64,000 nt of DNA, taken from Alphaproteobacteria bacterium. Lineage in GTDB: Bacteria; Pseudomonadota; Alphaproteobacteria; SHVV01. The position numbers were made by a program, and so were the translations under genes. The notes beneath the pieces were generated by a model that did no database searches, was not told the DNA's origin, and saw nothing but the letters and a program-made list of their open reading frames with translations. The stretch spans positions 235,533 to 299,532 of the forward strand of contig CBDCYR010000009.1 of assembly GCA_965224275.1 (NCBI GenBank), in the 5' to 3' direction. Positions 18,285-26,355 of the stretch are shown here, one piece after another (the stretch's first letter is position 1; each line of letters begins with the position of its first letter).

Positions 18285-18929
18285 ATGGTGCTCCCAGATC
18301 TCAAATTCGACGGCACCCACGATCATCCCTGCAATGTCGTTCTCGCCCACGGTGCCGGACAACCGATGGACAGTCCCTTCATGAACGTTTTCGCAGAAGG
18401 TTTGGCCGGTCTCGGGCTTCGGGTTGCACGCTTCGAGTTTCCCTACATGGCGGCGCGCCGGACCGAGGGTGTGAAGAAAGGACCGGATCGGCCCAACGTC
18501 TTGCTCCAGACATGGAAAGACGTGGTCCGAAGCCTCGGCGGTGGTACACAGATTGTGATCGGTGGCAAGTCGATGGGTGGCCGCATTGCCAGTATGGTCG
18601 CCGATGAGGTTGGTGCGTTGGGTCTGGTGTGCCTGGGCTACCCCTTTCACGCCGCCGGCAAGCCGGACAAGCCGCGCGTCGATCACCTCGAGGCGATCAA
18701 GACGCCGACCCTGATCGTCCAGGGCACCCGCGACACCATGGGTAAGCCTGAGGAGATCGCCCGCTATAAGCTGAGTACGGCGATTGACGTTTGCTGGATG
18801 GACGATGGCGATCATAGCTTCAAGCCACGCAAGAGCTCTGGCCGGACCGAAGCAGAGGCCTGGCAACAGGGGGTCGACGCGGTCGCTGCCTTTGTCGCGA
18901 AGCTCAATCCTGATCTCAGGCTTGGCTAA
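18285..18929 (+). CDS. Alpha/beta hydrolase family protein (COG3571-like)
   Basis: VVLAHGAGQPMDSPFM, the nucleophile elbow GGKSMGGRIAS, and LIVQGTRDTMG...DGDHSF. Confidence 0.8.
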   Translation: MVLPDLKFDGTHDHPCNVVLAHGAGQPMDSPFMNVFAEGLAGLGLRVARFEFPYMAARRTEGVKKGPDRPNVLLQTWKDVVRSLGGGTQIVIGGKSMGGRIASMVADEVGALGLVCLGYPFHAAGKPDKPRVDHLEAIKTPTLIVQGTRDTMGKPEEIARYKLSTAIDVCWMDDGDHSFKPRKSSGRTEAEAWQQGVDAVAAFVAKLNPDLRLG

Positions 18930-19133
18930 CGCAATATTAAACACACTCGGAACGCGAGAGAATTAGGTGATGGTTTCTCGTTAAACGAGTAGGGTATCTC
19001 TGCGGCGAGGTGGGTAGATACCCTCCCTTGCGTGACCGTTTGCCCAAAACGTGCGTTGGTTGTCCCAATATCAGTCGCTTGGGTCAGCGAGTAGCATGGC
19101 CAACAATAATCGAAGAATCGAAGCGGGGACGAT

Positions 19134-19319
19134 ATGTTAGGCACAGCCGATTACGGCGATTACGTCCGATACCTACGTGATTCGACTGTCGTATTGCGCA
19201 AGCTAGCGGCCCGCGAACACGTCGAGGACAAGGAACTCATCGAGATCGCAAACCATCTCGGCGGGCTCGCTGACGAGCTCTCGATAACAGATCCATCGGT
19301 CGGATTTCGGAAACCTTAG
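19134..19319 (+). CDS. Hypothetical small protein (61 aa), weak call
   Basis: ORF with a GGGGA-like RBS about 4 nt upstream. It lies in the lower-GC patch and has no recognisable motif. Confidence 0.3.
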   Translation: MLGTADYGDYVRYLRDSTVVLRKLAAREHVEDKELIEIANHLGGLADELSITDPSVGFRKP

Positions 19320-19420
19320 CCACGTGTAACCGAGTCAAACCCAACAAGTGGACGCAGATTGGCGAGTAGCGACCTAACGCGAGCCGCGACGATGGGCTAG
19401 GGCTGATAAATCGAAACGCC

Positions 19421-19730
19421 CTAAGCCGTTAATTCTTCCACGAGTTCGGCCTTCGGTAGGAAAAGGCGAACGACGGATCCCTGTCCGATATGACTCTCAA
19501 CTTCGACGGCGCCGCCGGACTGTTCGACAACCCATAGACCATGCTAAGCCCGAGGCCGGTTCCCTTACCAACCTCCTTGGTCGTAAAGAAGGGCTCGAAC
19601 GCGCGCTCGATCACCTCGGGTGCCATACCGCCACCGGTATCGCTGACGGCGATGACGACATAGTCCCCGGGCCGCAGCTTGGACCCATTCACCGGTCGCT
19701 CCCTGGCTTCGCTAATATTCCAGGGTCACC
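19421..19730 (-). pseudogene. Histidine kinase remnant (HATPase_c domain only, 5'-truncated and frameshifted)
   Basis: The ORF 19429..19692 encodes ...[48 protein letters not shown] and then goes out of frame near 19527-19533. The other frame continues [35 protein letters not shown] with a stop at 19421-19423. There is no HisKA or sensor part upstream, and an in-frame TGA lies near 19730. Confidence 0.7.
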
Positions 19731-19847
19731 CGTGTTCCGCAAAAACCCTAGGGTTAGCTCGCAGAACAAAGGGTATACCCTTATATATTTGTATCTCAGT
19801 AGGGATTTTTTCTCGCGGGATTATTCAGCCCGATCGAGGCGATCGGT

Positions 19848-20252
19848 TTAAGACTTGGTGGCGTAGAGAGCCCGGACTCCGCGCTCGATCGCGGCGGCCG
19901 GCAAACGGCCCACCGGAAGACGATAGCGCAGCATTTCGAGGAGCCGAATTTCCTCCTGTTCTATGTGGCCATCGGCGGCGGCGATCTCACAGGCGAGCGC
20001 GTAGGCAGTCTCGCGCAGTTCTTCGGAGAGTGAGTCGGCGATGAAGTCGATGGTTTTGTCGAGACCGCCCTCTTGGTCGAGCATATCGGCACAATCCCGC
20101 GCCGCCTGCGGCAAACTGTCGACATCGTAGCCAGCGAACGACGGCAGCATCTGGACGATATTGCCAATCGTGCGAACCTCTTCGTCCGTCATATTGCTGT
20201 CGGCGGCCGACATCATGACCATGGTATAAATGAGCGCCGTGTGATCGAGCAT
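19848..20252 (-). CDS. TerB-like (tellurite resistance TerB / DjlA N-terminal type) family protein
   Basis: 134 aa and all-helical. MVMMSAADSNMTDEEVRTIGNIV...ETAYALACEIAAADGHIEQEEIRLLEMLRYRL is the typical TerB-fold repeat signature. Confidence 0.72.
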   Translation of the reverse strand: MLDHTALIYTMVMMSAADSNMTDEEVRTIGNIVQMLPSFAGYDVDSLPQAARDCADMLDQEGGLDKTIDFIADSLSEELRETAYALACEIAAADGHIEQEEIRLLEMLRYRLPVGRLPAAAIERGVRALYATKS

Positions 20253-20313
20253 TCGATTGATTCCTTAAGAGCCGCCTAAGCCTAGCGATCGCGGCGCCGC
20301 CGCCGCCGGATGC

Positions 20314-23256
20314 TCATAGCACGGCCGTGCCCCCGCTTTCCATAGCGTTCGTGGCGAGAAACGAGCGCACCTCAGCGATTGTTTCAGCCAGGCCGATGCG
20401 CTGGATAGAAACGTCCTCGGGAAACGCGTTCAACAGCCGGGTCGGCGTCATCCGGTCGAGAAGGATAAATACGCCGTGGTCGCCGGTCCGTCGTATCAGG
20501 CGTCCGTAGGCTTGTTTGAGCCTTAGACGGGCGATCATTTCGTCATAGCGCCGGCCACCGAATGCATTGCGTCGCGCTCGATGCAGAATATCGGGCCGTG
20601 CCCACGGGACGCGCTCGAAAACGATCAAGCGCAATGCGGCGCCGGGAACATCGACCCCATCGCGAACCGCATCAGTCCCCAGCAGGCAAGTGTTGCGTTC
20701 GGCACGAAAGATATCAACCAACGTTCCGGTATCCATCGGATCGACGTGCTGCGCCAGCAATTTGAGACCCTCCGCTTCAAGAGCCCCGGCGATGCGGCGG
20801 TGAATATCGCGTAAACGCGAGATCGCCGTAAACAACCCTAGCGCGCCGCCGCCAGCAGCAAGGAACAACTCACGATAGGCGCTGGCGACTTGCATCGGAT
20901 CGTCGCGGCGAACATCGGTGACGATAAAAACGCGAGTCTGTGCTGGATAATCGAACGGGGAGGGCTCATCCACACGCACGGCGGGGAGCGGAAGATGTTG
21001 TGTGCCGGTGCGGATTTCGGCGCTCTGCCAGGTGTCGGAATCCTCCCCATCGGCAGCGGTGTCGTCGTCGTCTGCTTGCGTGCGGTCACGCAGCGTGGCC
21101 GAGGTAATGACGGCGCCGTGAGCCTTGCCCAATACCTCACGCGCGAACGGGATCGTCGGATCGATCCAGTGCCGGTGCATCCCGGCGTCGAACGGCCGAC
21201 CTTGGCCGCGGACGATCGAGAACCAGTCGACGAAGCGCACGTCCGTTTCCTCGATCGCATCGTCCTGACCGGCGCTTCGGAGGTCATGAAGCATGGCGGT
21301 CCATGACGCCAACGTTGCGTCAATCCGGTAGGTTAGGCTGCGTATCGCGGCCTCGATTCGTATACGCACCGGCGTTTCGAGCTCGCCCGCCTCGCGATCA
21401 AGTTTCGTGATCAGGTTCTGCCGCAGGCCGCGCAACGGCTCAGCCAGGTGGCGCAGCGCTTGCTGCAGCGCGGTGGTTGCTTCGCGAACGGGCTCGGTCG
21501 CCGAACCAACCGCGGCTTCCTGACTATACTCGCCGGTACCGCGTTCCGCCCGCGCCGCCACCTGATCCGCCACGCGACTGAGGAACGCCTCGGCCGGACC
21601 GTCGGCACTGCCGTCGAACACGCGTTGCAGCCAACCTGGCCCCGGGAGTGCCGCGGCGCCGCGTATGGCCGCGGCGAGGTTGGTCTGGGCATCGTTATCG
21701 CCGGCGATCATTTCTGTCACGCGCCGCTCCAGGCCGCGAATTCGGCCGGCGCGACGGCCTTCGCCGCCACGCAGCCAGCGCCGCAGCTCAGCCATTTCGA
21801 TGCCACTCAAATTGGCGGAATAGGCGCTATCGGCGGCATCGAATAGATGGTGGCCTTCATCAAAGACGTAGCGCGTCGGCAGTCGTTCGTCATCGCCCGA
21901 CATCACTGCCTGGGTTAAAACCAGCGCGTGATTGGCAATCACGATATCGGCGCCACGCACCGAACGAATGCTACGTTCGGCGTAGCAGCTGGTGTAGTGG
22001 GAGCAGGCCGCGAAGACGCACTCGCCACGATGGTGGCGCAACCCAAGCGTTTGTCCGTTACCGACGAGTTGCGCGAGCCAGGCGGGGAAGTCGCCTCCGT
22101 AAAGGTCGCCATCGCGTGTCGCTGCCGCCCATCGCGCCATCAGTCCTAAGGCGATGGCGCCGCCGCCCAGCGTCGCCCGCTCACAGGCTTCCTCGAGGTT
22201 GAGCAGGCAAAGATAGTTTTCGCGGCCTTTGCGAACCACGCTCTTGCGTTGCTTTATCGCCGGCTCGGGGTAGAGACGATCAAGCTCCTGATCGATCTGG
22301 CGCTGGAGGTTTTTGGTATAGGTCGACAGCCAAACGGTGCCGCCGTTTTTCTCCGCCCACAAGCTCGACGGCGCGATATAGCCCAAGGTTTTACCGACGC
22401 CGGTGCCTGCTTCGGCAAGCACGACGTTCGGCGCCCCAGCTAAATCGCGGGGCGCAAACGCGGCCGTGGCGGCCGCTGCATAGTTCGATTGCTCAATTCG
22501 TTCCTCGGCATCATCGCCGACCAGGTCTGCAAGGCGCAAACGGGCTTCGATATCGCTGATTAGCAGGTCGGTCGGCGGTGGCAAAGGTGCCTCTTCCTCC
22601 CATTGCGGCAGGCGATTCCAAACATCCAAGCCGATCGCTCCGGCTCTCGTCTTGGTGCTCTTGTCGGCGCTCTTGTTGGCGCTCTTGGCCCGCTCGTCCG
22701 GCGGGAGTCCGAGGGCGTTGGCAACCGGTCCGCCCCACGACCAACCGGCACCGGCCATCGTGCGGGTGATTCGCTGCAGACCGGGATCGCCGCGAAACCG
22801 CGCGAGATTTTCCAGCAGCAATCGAGTCGCCGTGAGCAGCACGAAAGCTTCGGCGACCCGATCGGCGGGTTCATCGAGGTCGAGCGCGGCCGCGATGCCA
22901 TGCGGTGTGGGCAGACAAAACGTGGCCGGTCGGACAAATGCGTAGAGCTCGAGAATGTCGAAGGCTCGAAAGGGTGGGCAATTGAGCCGGGCTGCCTGCA
23001 GCGGTGCATGGCATACGAGAGGAGGTGATTTGGCCGCGCGTCGAGCCGCGTCGCCAATCGATAGATCTTCGATCTCGCCGGTCGGCGCGATCCATACGGC
23101 GCCGTTGACGACAGCGCTAAGCGCGGGAATTGGCGGCAGCTCCGCGGTCGTGGAAGAGGGCGCAGTGTCGGCGGGCATGGCCACGAGTATAGCGATGCCG
23201 GGCTCTCCCGCGACCGTCCGCTGAAACCATAAGTTGGTTTCCTCCCCCATGTGCAT
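20314..23256 (-). CDS. ATP-dependent DNA helicase, DinG/XPD (Rad3) family with Fe-S cluster domain
   Basis: Walker A is AEAGTGVGKTLGY and the DEAH-type box is VFDEGHHL. Fe-S cysteines are present, including CVFAACSHYTSC (C-x4-C-x5-C). The C-terminal helicase motifs include ITSATL and LLGTDAVRDGVDVPG. The start is uncertain; an alternative M lies 26 codons downstream. Confidence 0.85.
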   Translation of the reverse strand: MHMGEETNLWFQRTVAGEPGIAILVAMPADTAPSSTTAELPPIPALSAVVNGAVWIAPTGEIEDLSIGDAARRAAKSPPLVCHAPLQAARLNCPPFRAFDILELYAFVRPATFCLPTPHGIAAALDLDEPADRVAEAFVLLTATRLLLENLARFRGDPGLQRITRTMAGAGWSWGGPVANALGLPPDERAKSANKSADKSTKTRAGAIGLDVWNRLPQWEEEAPLPPPTDLLISDIEARLRLADLVGDDAEERIEQSNYAAAATAAFAPRDLAGAPNVVLAEAGTGVGKTLGYIAPSSLWAEKNGGTVWLSTYTKNLQRQIDQELDRLYPEPAIKQRKSVVRKGRENYLCLLNLEEACERATLGGGAIALGLMARWAAATRDGDLYGGDFPAWLAQLVGNGQTLGLRHHRGECVFAACSHYTSCYAERSIRSVRGADIVIANHALVLTQAVMSGDDERLPTRYVFDEGHHLFDAADSAYSANLSGIEMAELRRWLRGGEGRRAGRIRGLERRVTEMIAGDNDAQTNLAAAIRGAAALPGPGWLQRVFDGSADGPAEAFLSRVADQVAARAERGTGEYSQEAAVGSATEPVREATTALQQALRHLAEPLRGLRQNLITKLDREAGELETPVRIRIEAAIRSLTYRIDATLASWTAMLHDLRSAGQDDAIEETDVRFVDWFSIVRGQGRPFDAGMHRHWIDPTIPFAREVLGKAHGAVITSATLRDRTQADDDDTAADGEDSDTWQSAEIRTGTQHLPLPAVRVDEPSPFDYPAQTRVFIVTDVRRDDPMQVASAYRELFLAAGGGALGLFTAISRLRDIHRRIAGALEAEGLKLLAQHVDPMDTGTLVDIFRAERNTCLLGTDAVRDGVDVPGAALRLIVFERVPWARPDILHRARRNAFGGRRYDEMIARLRLKQAYGRLIRRTGDHGVFILLDRMTPTRLLNAFPEDVSIQRIGLAETIAEVRSFLATNAMESGGTAVL

Positions 23257-23326
23257 TGACGCGGCCCGGCTCTGCCCATAGGTTCCGCGCCCGAAGCAGG
23301 ATGGCTGATGATTTCAGGAATTCGAC

Positions 23327-24919
23327 ATGATTGATCGGGCCGTTGCACAAAATATTGGCGCGTGGCCGTTTACCGAAGCGGCGCGGCTCATGGACCGCTG
23401 CGCCCGCGTTCCCGAGAAGGGATACGTGTTGTTAGAAACCGGCTACGGACCCTCGGGACTGCCCCATATCGGCACCTTTGGCGAGGTCGCGCGAACGACG
23501 ATGGTTCGTCATGCTTTCGCACAATTGTCGGACGCGCCGACCCGGTTGTTCGCATTCTCCGACGACATGGATGGTTTGCGCAGCGTGCCGACCAACATCC
23601 CCAACCAGGAGATGGTGGCCCAACATCTCGGCAAGCCGTTGACCGCTATTCCAGATCCCTACGACCAGGCCGAGAGCTACGGTCATGGGATGAACGCGCG
23701 GCTGCGGGCCTTTCTCGATGCGTTCGCGTTTGACTATGAGTTCGTGAGTGCCACCGAGTGCTATCGCGCCGGCCGTTTTGACTCAACGCTGTGCGACATC
23801 CTCGAGCACTATGATGAGATCATGGCGGTCGTATTGCCGACGCTCGGCCCCGAGCGCCAGGCAACCTACAGCCCGTTTCTACCGGTGTGTCCCGATACCG
23901 GTGTGGTTTTGCAGGTTCCCGTCGTCGCCCGCGATGCCGATGCCAAGACCGTGAGCTATCTCGACGACAGCGGCCGCACAGTCGAGGTGCCGATCACCGG
24001 CGGGCATTGCAAGCTGCAATGGAAGGTTGACTGGGCGATGCGGTGGACCGCACTCGATGTGGATTATGAAATGTCGGGTAAGGACCTGATCGATTCGGTC
24101 AAGCTCTCGAGCCGGATTTGCAAGATCATTGGCGGCACGCCACCGGAGAGCTTCATCTACGAACTGTTTCTCGATGAAAACGGCGAGAAGATCTCAAAGT
24201 CGCGCGGCAACGGTCTAACGATCGATGAGTGGTTGCGTTACGCATCGCCGGAAAGCCTGGCCTTGTTCAATTACAATTCGCCGAGCAAAGCCAAGCGGCT
24301 GTTCTTCGACGTCATCCCAAAGACGGTTGACGAATATCTCACCCACCTGACGAAGTATCGCGATCAAGACGAGGAGAAGCGCCTGGCAAACCCGGTGTGG
24401 CATATCCACGGCGGCGACCCGACCGCTGAGGACGTTCCGCTCAGCTTTGCGGTTCTGCTTAATCTGGCGAGCGTCGTGAATGCCGACGACAAGACCGTGT
24501 TGTGGGGGTTCATAACCCGTTATGTGCCAGCCGCGAGCCCCGAAAACTATCCGCTGCTCGATCGCCTCGTCGACTATGCCGTCGTCTACTACCAGGATTT
24601 CGTCAAGCCGGCGAAGCACTACCGCGCGGCGACCGAAACCGAAACCGCGGCGATCGCTGACCTTGCGGAAACGCTTGCCGGGCTAGCGCCGGGCACCAGT
24701 GCCGAAGATATCCAATATGAGGTTTACGAGGTGGGTAAGCGGCACGGATTCGACGAACTACGCGAATGGTTCAAGGCCCTGTATGAAGTTCTTCTCGGGC
24801 AAAGCCAGGGGCCACGAATGGGTTCGTTTATCGCGCTGTACGGCGTTGCTGAGATGGTGTCGTTAATCCAGCGTGCCCTCGCCGGCGAGGATCTTGCGAA
24901 CGCATCGGCCACTACATAG
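23327..24919 (+). CDS. lysK: Lysine--tRNA ligase, class I
   Basis: The HIGH-type region is [15 protein letters not shown] and the KMSKS-type motif is KISKSRGNG. The length (530 aa) is typical of class I LysRS. Confidence 0.9.
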   Translation: MIDRAVAQNIGAWPFTEAARLMDRCARVPEKGYVLLETGYGPSGLPHIGTFGEVARTTMVRHAFAQLSDAPTRLFAFSDDMDGLRSVPTNIPNQEMVAQHLGKPLTAIPDPYDQAESYGHGMNARLRAFLDAFAFDYEFVSATECYRAGRFDSTLCDILEHYDEIMAVVLPTLGPERQATYSPFLPVCPDTGVVLQVPVVARDADAKTVSYLDDSGRTVEVPITGGHCKLQWKVDWAMRWTALDVDYEMSGKDLIDSVKLSSRICKIIGGTPPESFIYELFLDENGEKISKSRGNGLTIDEWLRYASPESLALFNYNSPSKAKRLFFDVIPKTVDEYLTHLTKYRDQDEEKRLANPVWHIHGGDPTAEDVPLSFAVLLNLASVVNADDKTVLWGFITRYVPAASPENYPLLDRLVDYAVVYYQDFVKPAKHYRAATETETAAIADLAETLAGLAPGTSAEDIQYEVYEVGKRHGFDELREWFKALYEVLLGQSQGPRMGSFIALYGVAEMVSLIQRALAGEDLANASATT

Positions 24920-24923
24920 GCCA

Positions 24924-25556
24924 CTAGCCCTTGGTTATGGGTATGTACCCCGGCAGACCGGCAATCCTGGTGAGCCAGCTCTGAATCGCGGGAAAACGAT
25001 CAAGATCAAAACCGCCTTCGTCGGCGACGTGGGTGTAGGCGTAAAGCGCAATGTCGGCAATCGTGGGGTGGTTGGCGGCAAAATAGTCGTGGGCCACGAG
25101 ATGTTTTTCCATTACCTCGAGTGCGGCGTAGCCACCGGCCTGGCGTTGCGGCAGAACTCGTTGCCGATCGTCGTCGAGCCCCAGGTGCTGGATCCAATGG
25201 CGGGCAACCGCGATGTTGGGTTCGTGATTGTATTGCTCGAAGAACATCCACTGCAGCGCGCGAGCCCGATCCAGCGCGGTCTCGGGGAAAAAGTGCGTTC
25301 CTGCGGCGAAGTAGAACAAGATGGCGCCGGATTCGCTGAGGATCTCGCCGGTTTCGAGTTCAACCGTCGGAATCCGGCCGTTGGCGTTTTTAGCCAGGAA
25401 GGCTTCAGTGCGGGTTTCGTCCTTTAGAATATCGAGCTCGACGCGCTCGAACGGTATATTCAACATCGATAGCAGCAACCGAACCTTGTAGCCGTTGCCC
25501 GAGGGGAGGTAGTCATAGAGGCGTAGCATCACGTCGCCCTTTCGCCGCGAGTTCAT
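24924..25556 (-). CDS. Glutathione S-transferase family protein
   Basis: The N-terminal thioredoxin-like part is MLRLYDYLPSGNGYKVRLLL...NGRIPTVEL..GEILSESGAILFY, followed by a helical C-domain. The start may be the internal M at 25529. Confidence 0.85.
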   Translation of the reverse strand: MNSRRKGDVMLRLYDYLPSGNGYKVRLLLSMLNIPFERVELDILKDETRTEAFLAKNANGRIPTVELETGEILSESGAILFYFAAGTHFFPETALDRARALQWMFFEQYNHEPNIAVARHWIQHLGLDDDRQRVLPQRQAGGYAALEVMEKHLVAHDYFAANHPTIADIALYAYTHVADEGGFDLDRFPAIQSWLTRIAGLPGYIPITKG

Positions 25557-25577
25557 CTAACAATTCCCATAGTCGAT

Positions 25578-26261
25578 ATGTGTGGTCGTTTCAAACGCTC
25601 CGTTACCTGGGCCGAATATTTCGAGCACCTCGGCCTCAATGTCCCGACGCCGAACGCGCCGCCGCGCTACAACGTGGCGCCCACAGATGAGGTTTATGTG
25701 GTTCGTAATGCGCGGGCCGAAGGCGAACGCGAACTCGTCGCGGTGCGTTGGGGTTTGGTGCCCTATTGGTCCAAGGACCGGAAGTCGGCCGCAAAAAATA
25801 TCAATGCACGTGCTGAAACCGTCGCCGAGAAGCCGTCATTTCGGGAGGCTTTCGCGCGCCGCCGGTGCTTGGTGCTGGCCGATGGCTTTTACGAATGGCG
25901 CAAGGAGGGAAAGCTGCGCCAACCCTATTTGATCACGTTGAAAGACGGTGGCCCGTTCGTTTTCGCAGGCCTGTGGGAACGCTGGCATTCGGCCAGCGAC
26001 GAAGACGGGGCGCTGGAGACCTGCACGATCATCACCACCGAGGCGAGCGCCGTGCTGCACGATATTCACCCACGGATGCCGGTTATCCTCCAAGCCCCCG
26101 ATCACGATACCTGGCTCGGCGGCGACGACGCGCGGGCGCGCGCGAGCTTGCTGCTGCCACTACCCGATGAATTGGTCGCAATTACCAAAGTCAGTACCCG
26201 GGTCAATAGCGTCGCCAACGACGACGCCGCTTGCATGGAGCCAGAGCTAACGCTTCTGTGA
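25578..26261 (+). CDS. SOS response-associated peptidase (SRAP/YedK family)
   Basis: Begins MCGRF (catalytic Cys2). Also contains YNVAPT, WGLVPYWSKD, NARAET and LVLADGFYEW. Confidence 0.88.
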   Translation: MCGRFKRSVTWAEYFEHLGLNVPTPNAPPRYNVAPTDEVYVVRNARAEGERELVAVRWGLVPYWSKDRKSAAKNINARAETVAEKPSFREAFARRRCLVLADGFYEWRKEGKLRQPYLITLKDGGPFVFAGLWERWHSASDEDGALETCTIITTEASAVLHDIHPRMPVILQAPDHDTWLGGDDARARASLLLPLPDELVAITKVSTRVNSVANDDAACMEPELTLL

Positions 26262-26334
26262 GCGTCTGAGGTTGGTCAGCGCGCGCAAAACGTGGGGTCG
26301 GCAACGGCGGATCGATCTCGCAATGCCGATGAAA

Positions 26335-26355
26335 CTAGTGGATTTCATCCACTAG
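26335..26355. repeat. 21-bp perfect palindrome CTAGTGGATTTCATCCACTAG (copy 1)
   Basis: 9-bp arms with a 3-nt loop. It is identical to the copy at 62292-62312 and shares termini with the 293-bp element at 14051. It overlaps the stop codon of the minus-strand gene 26352..27704. Confidence 0.65.

Noticed and set aside
18161-19847. tRNA-Gly as the attachment site of a genomic island.
   Set aside because: I saw no integrase or recombinase, and no direct repeat of the tRNA 3' end within the following ~2 kb. The adjacent hydrolase gene has native-looking composition. Only a small decayed patch is present, and it is reported separately.
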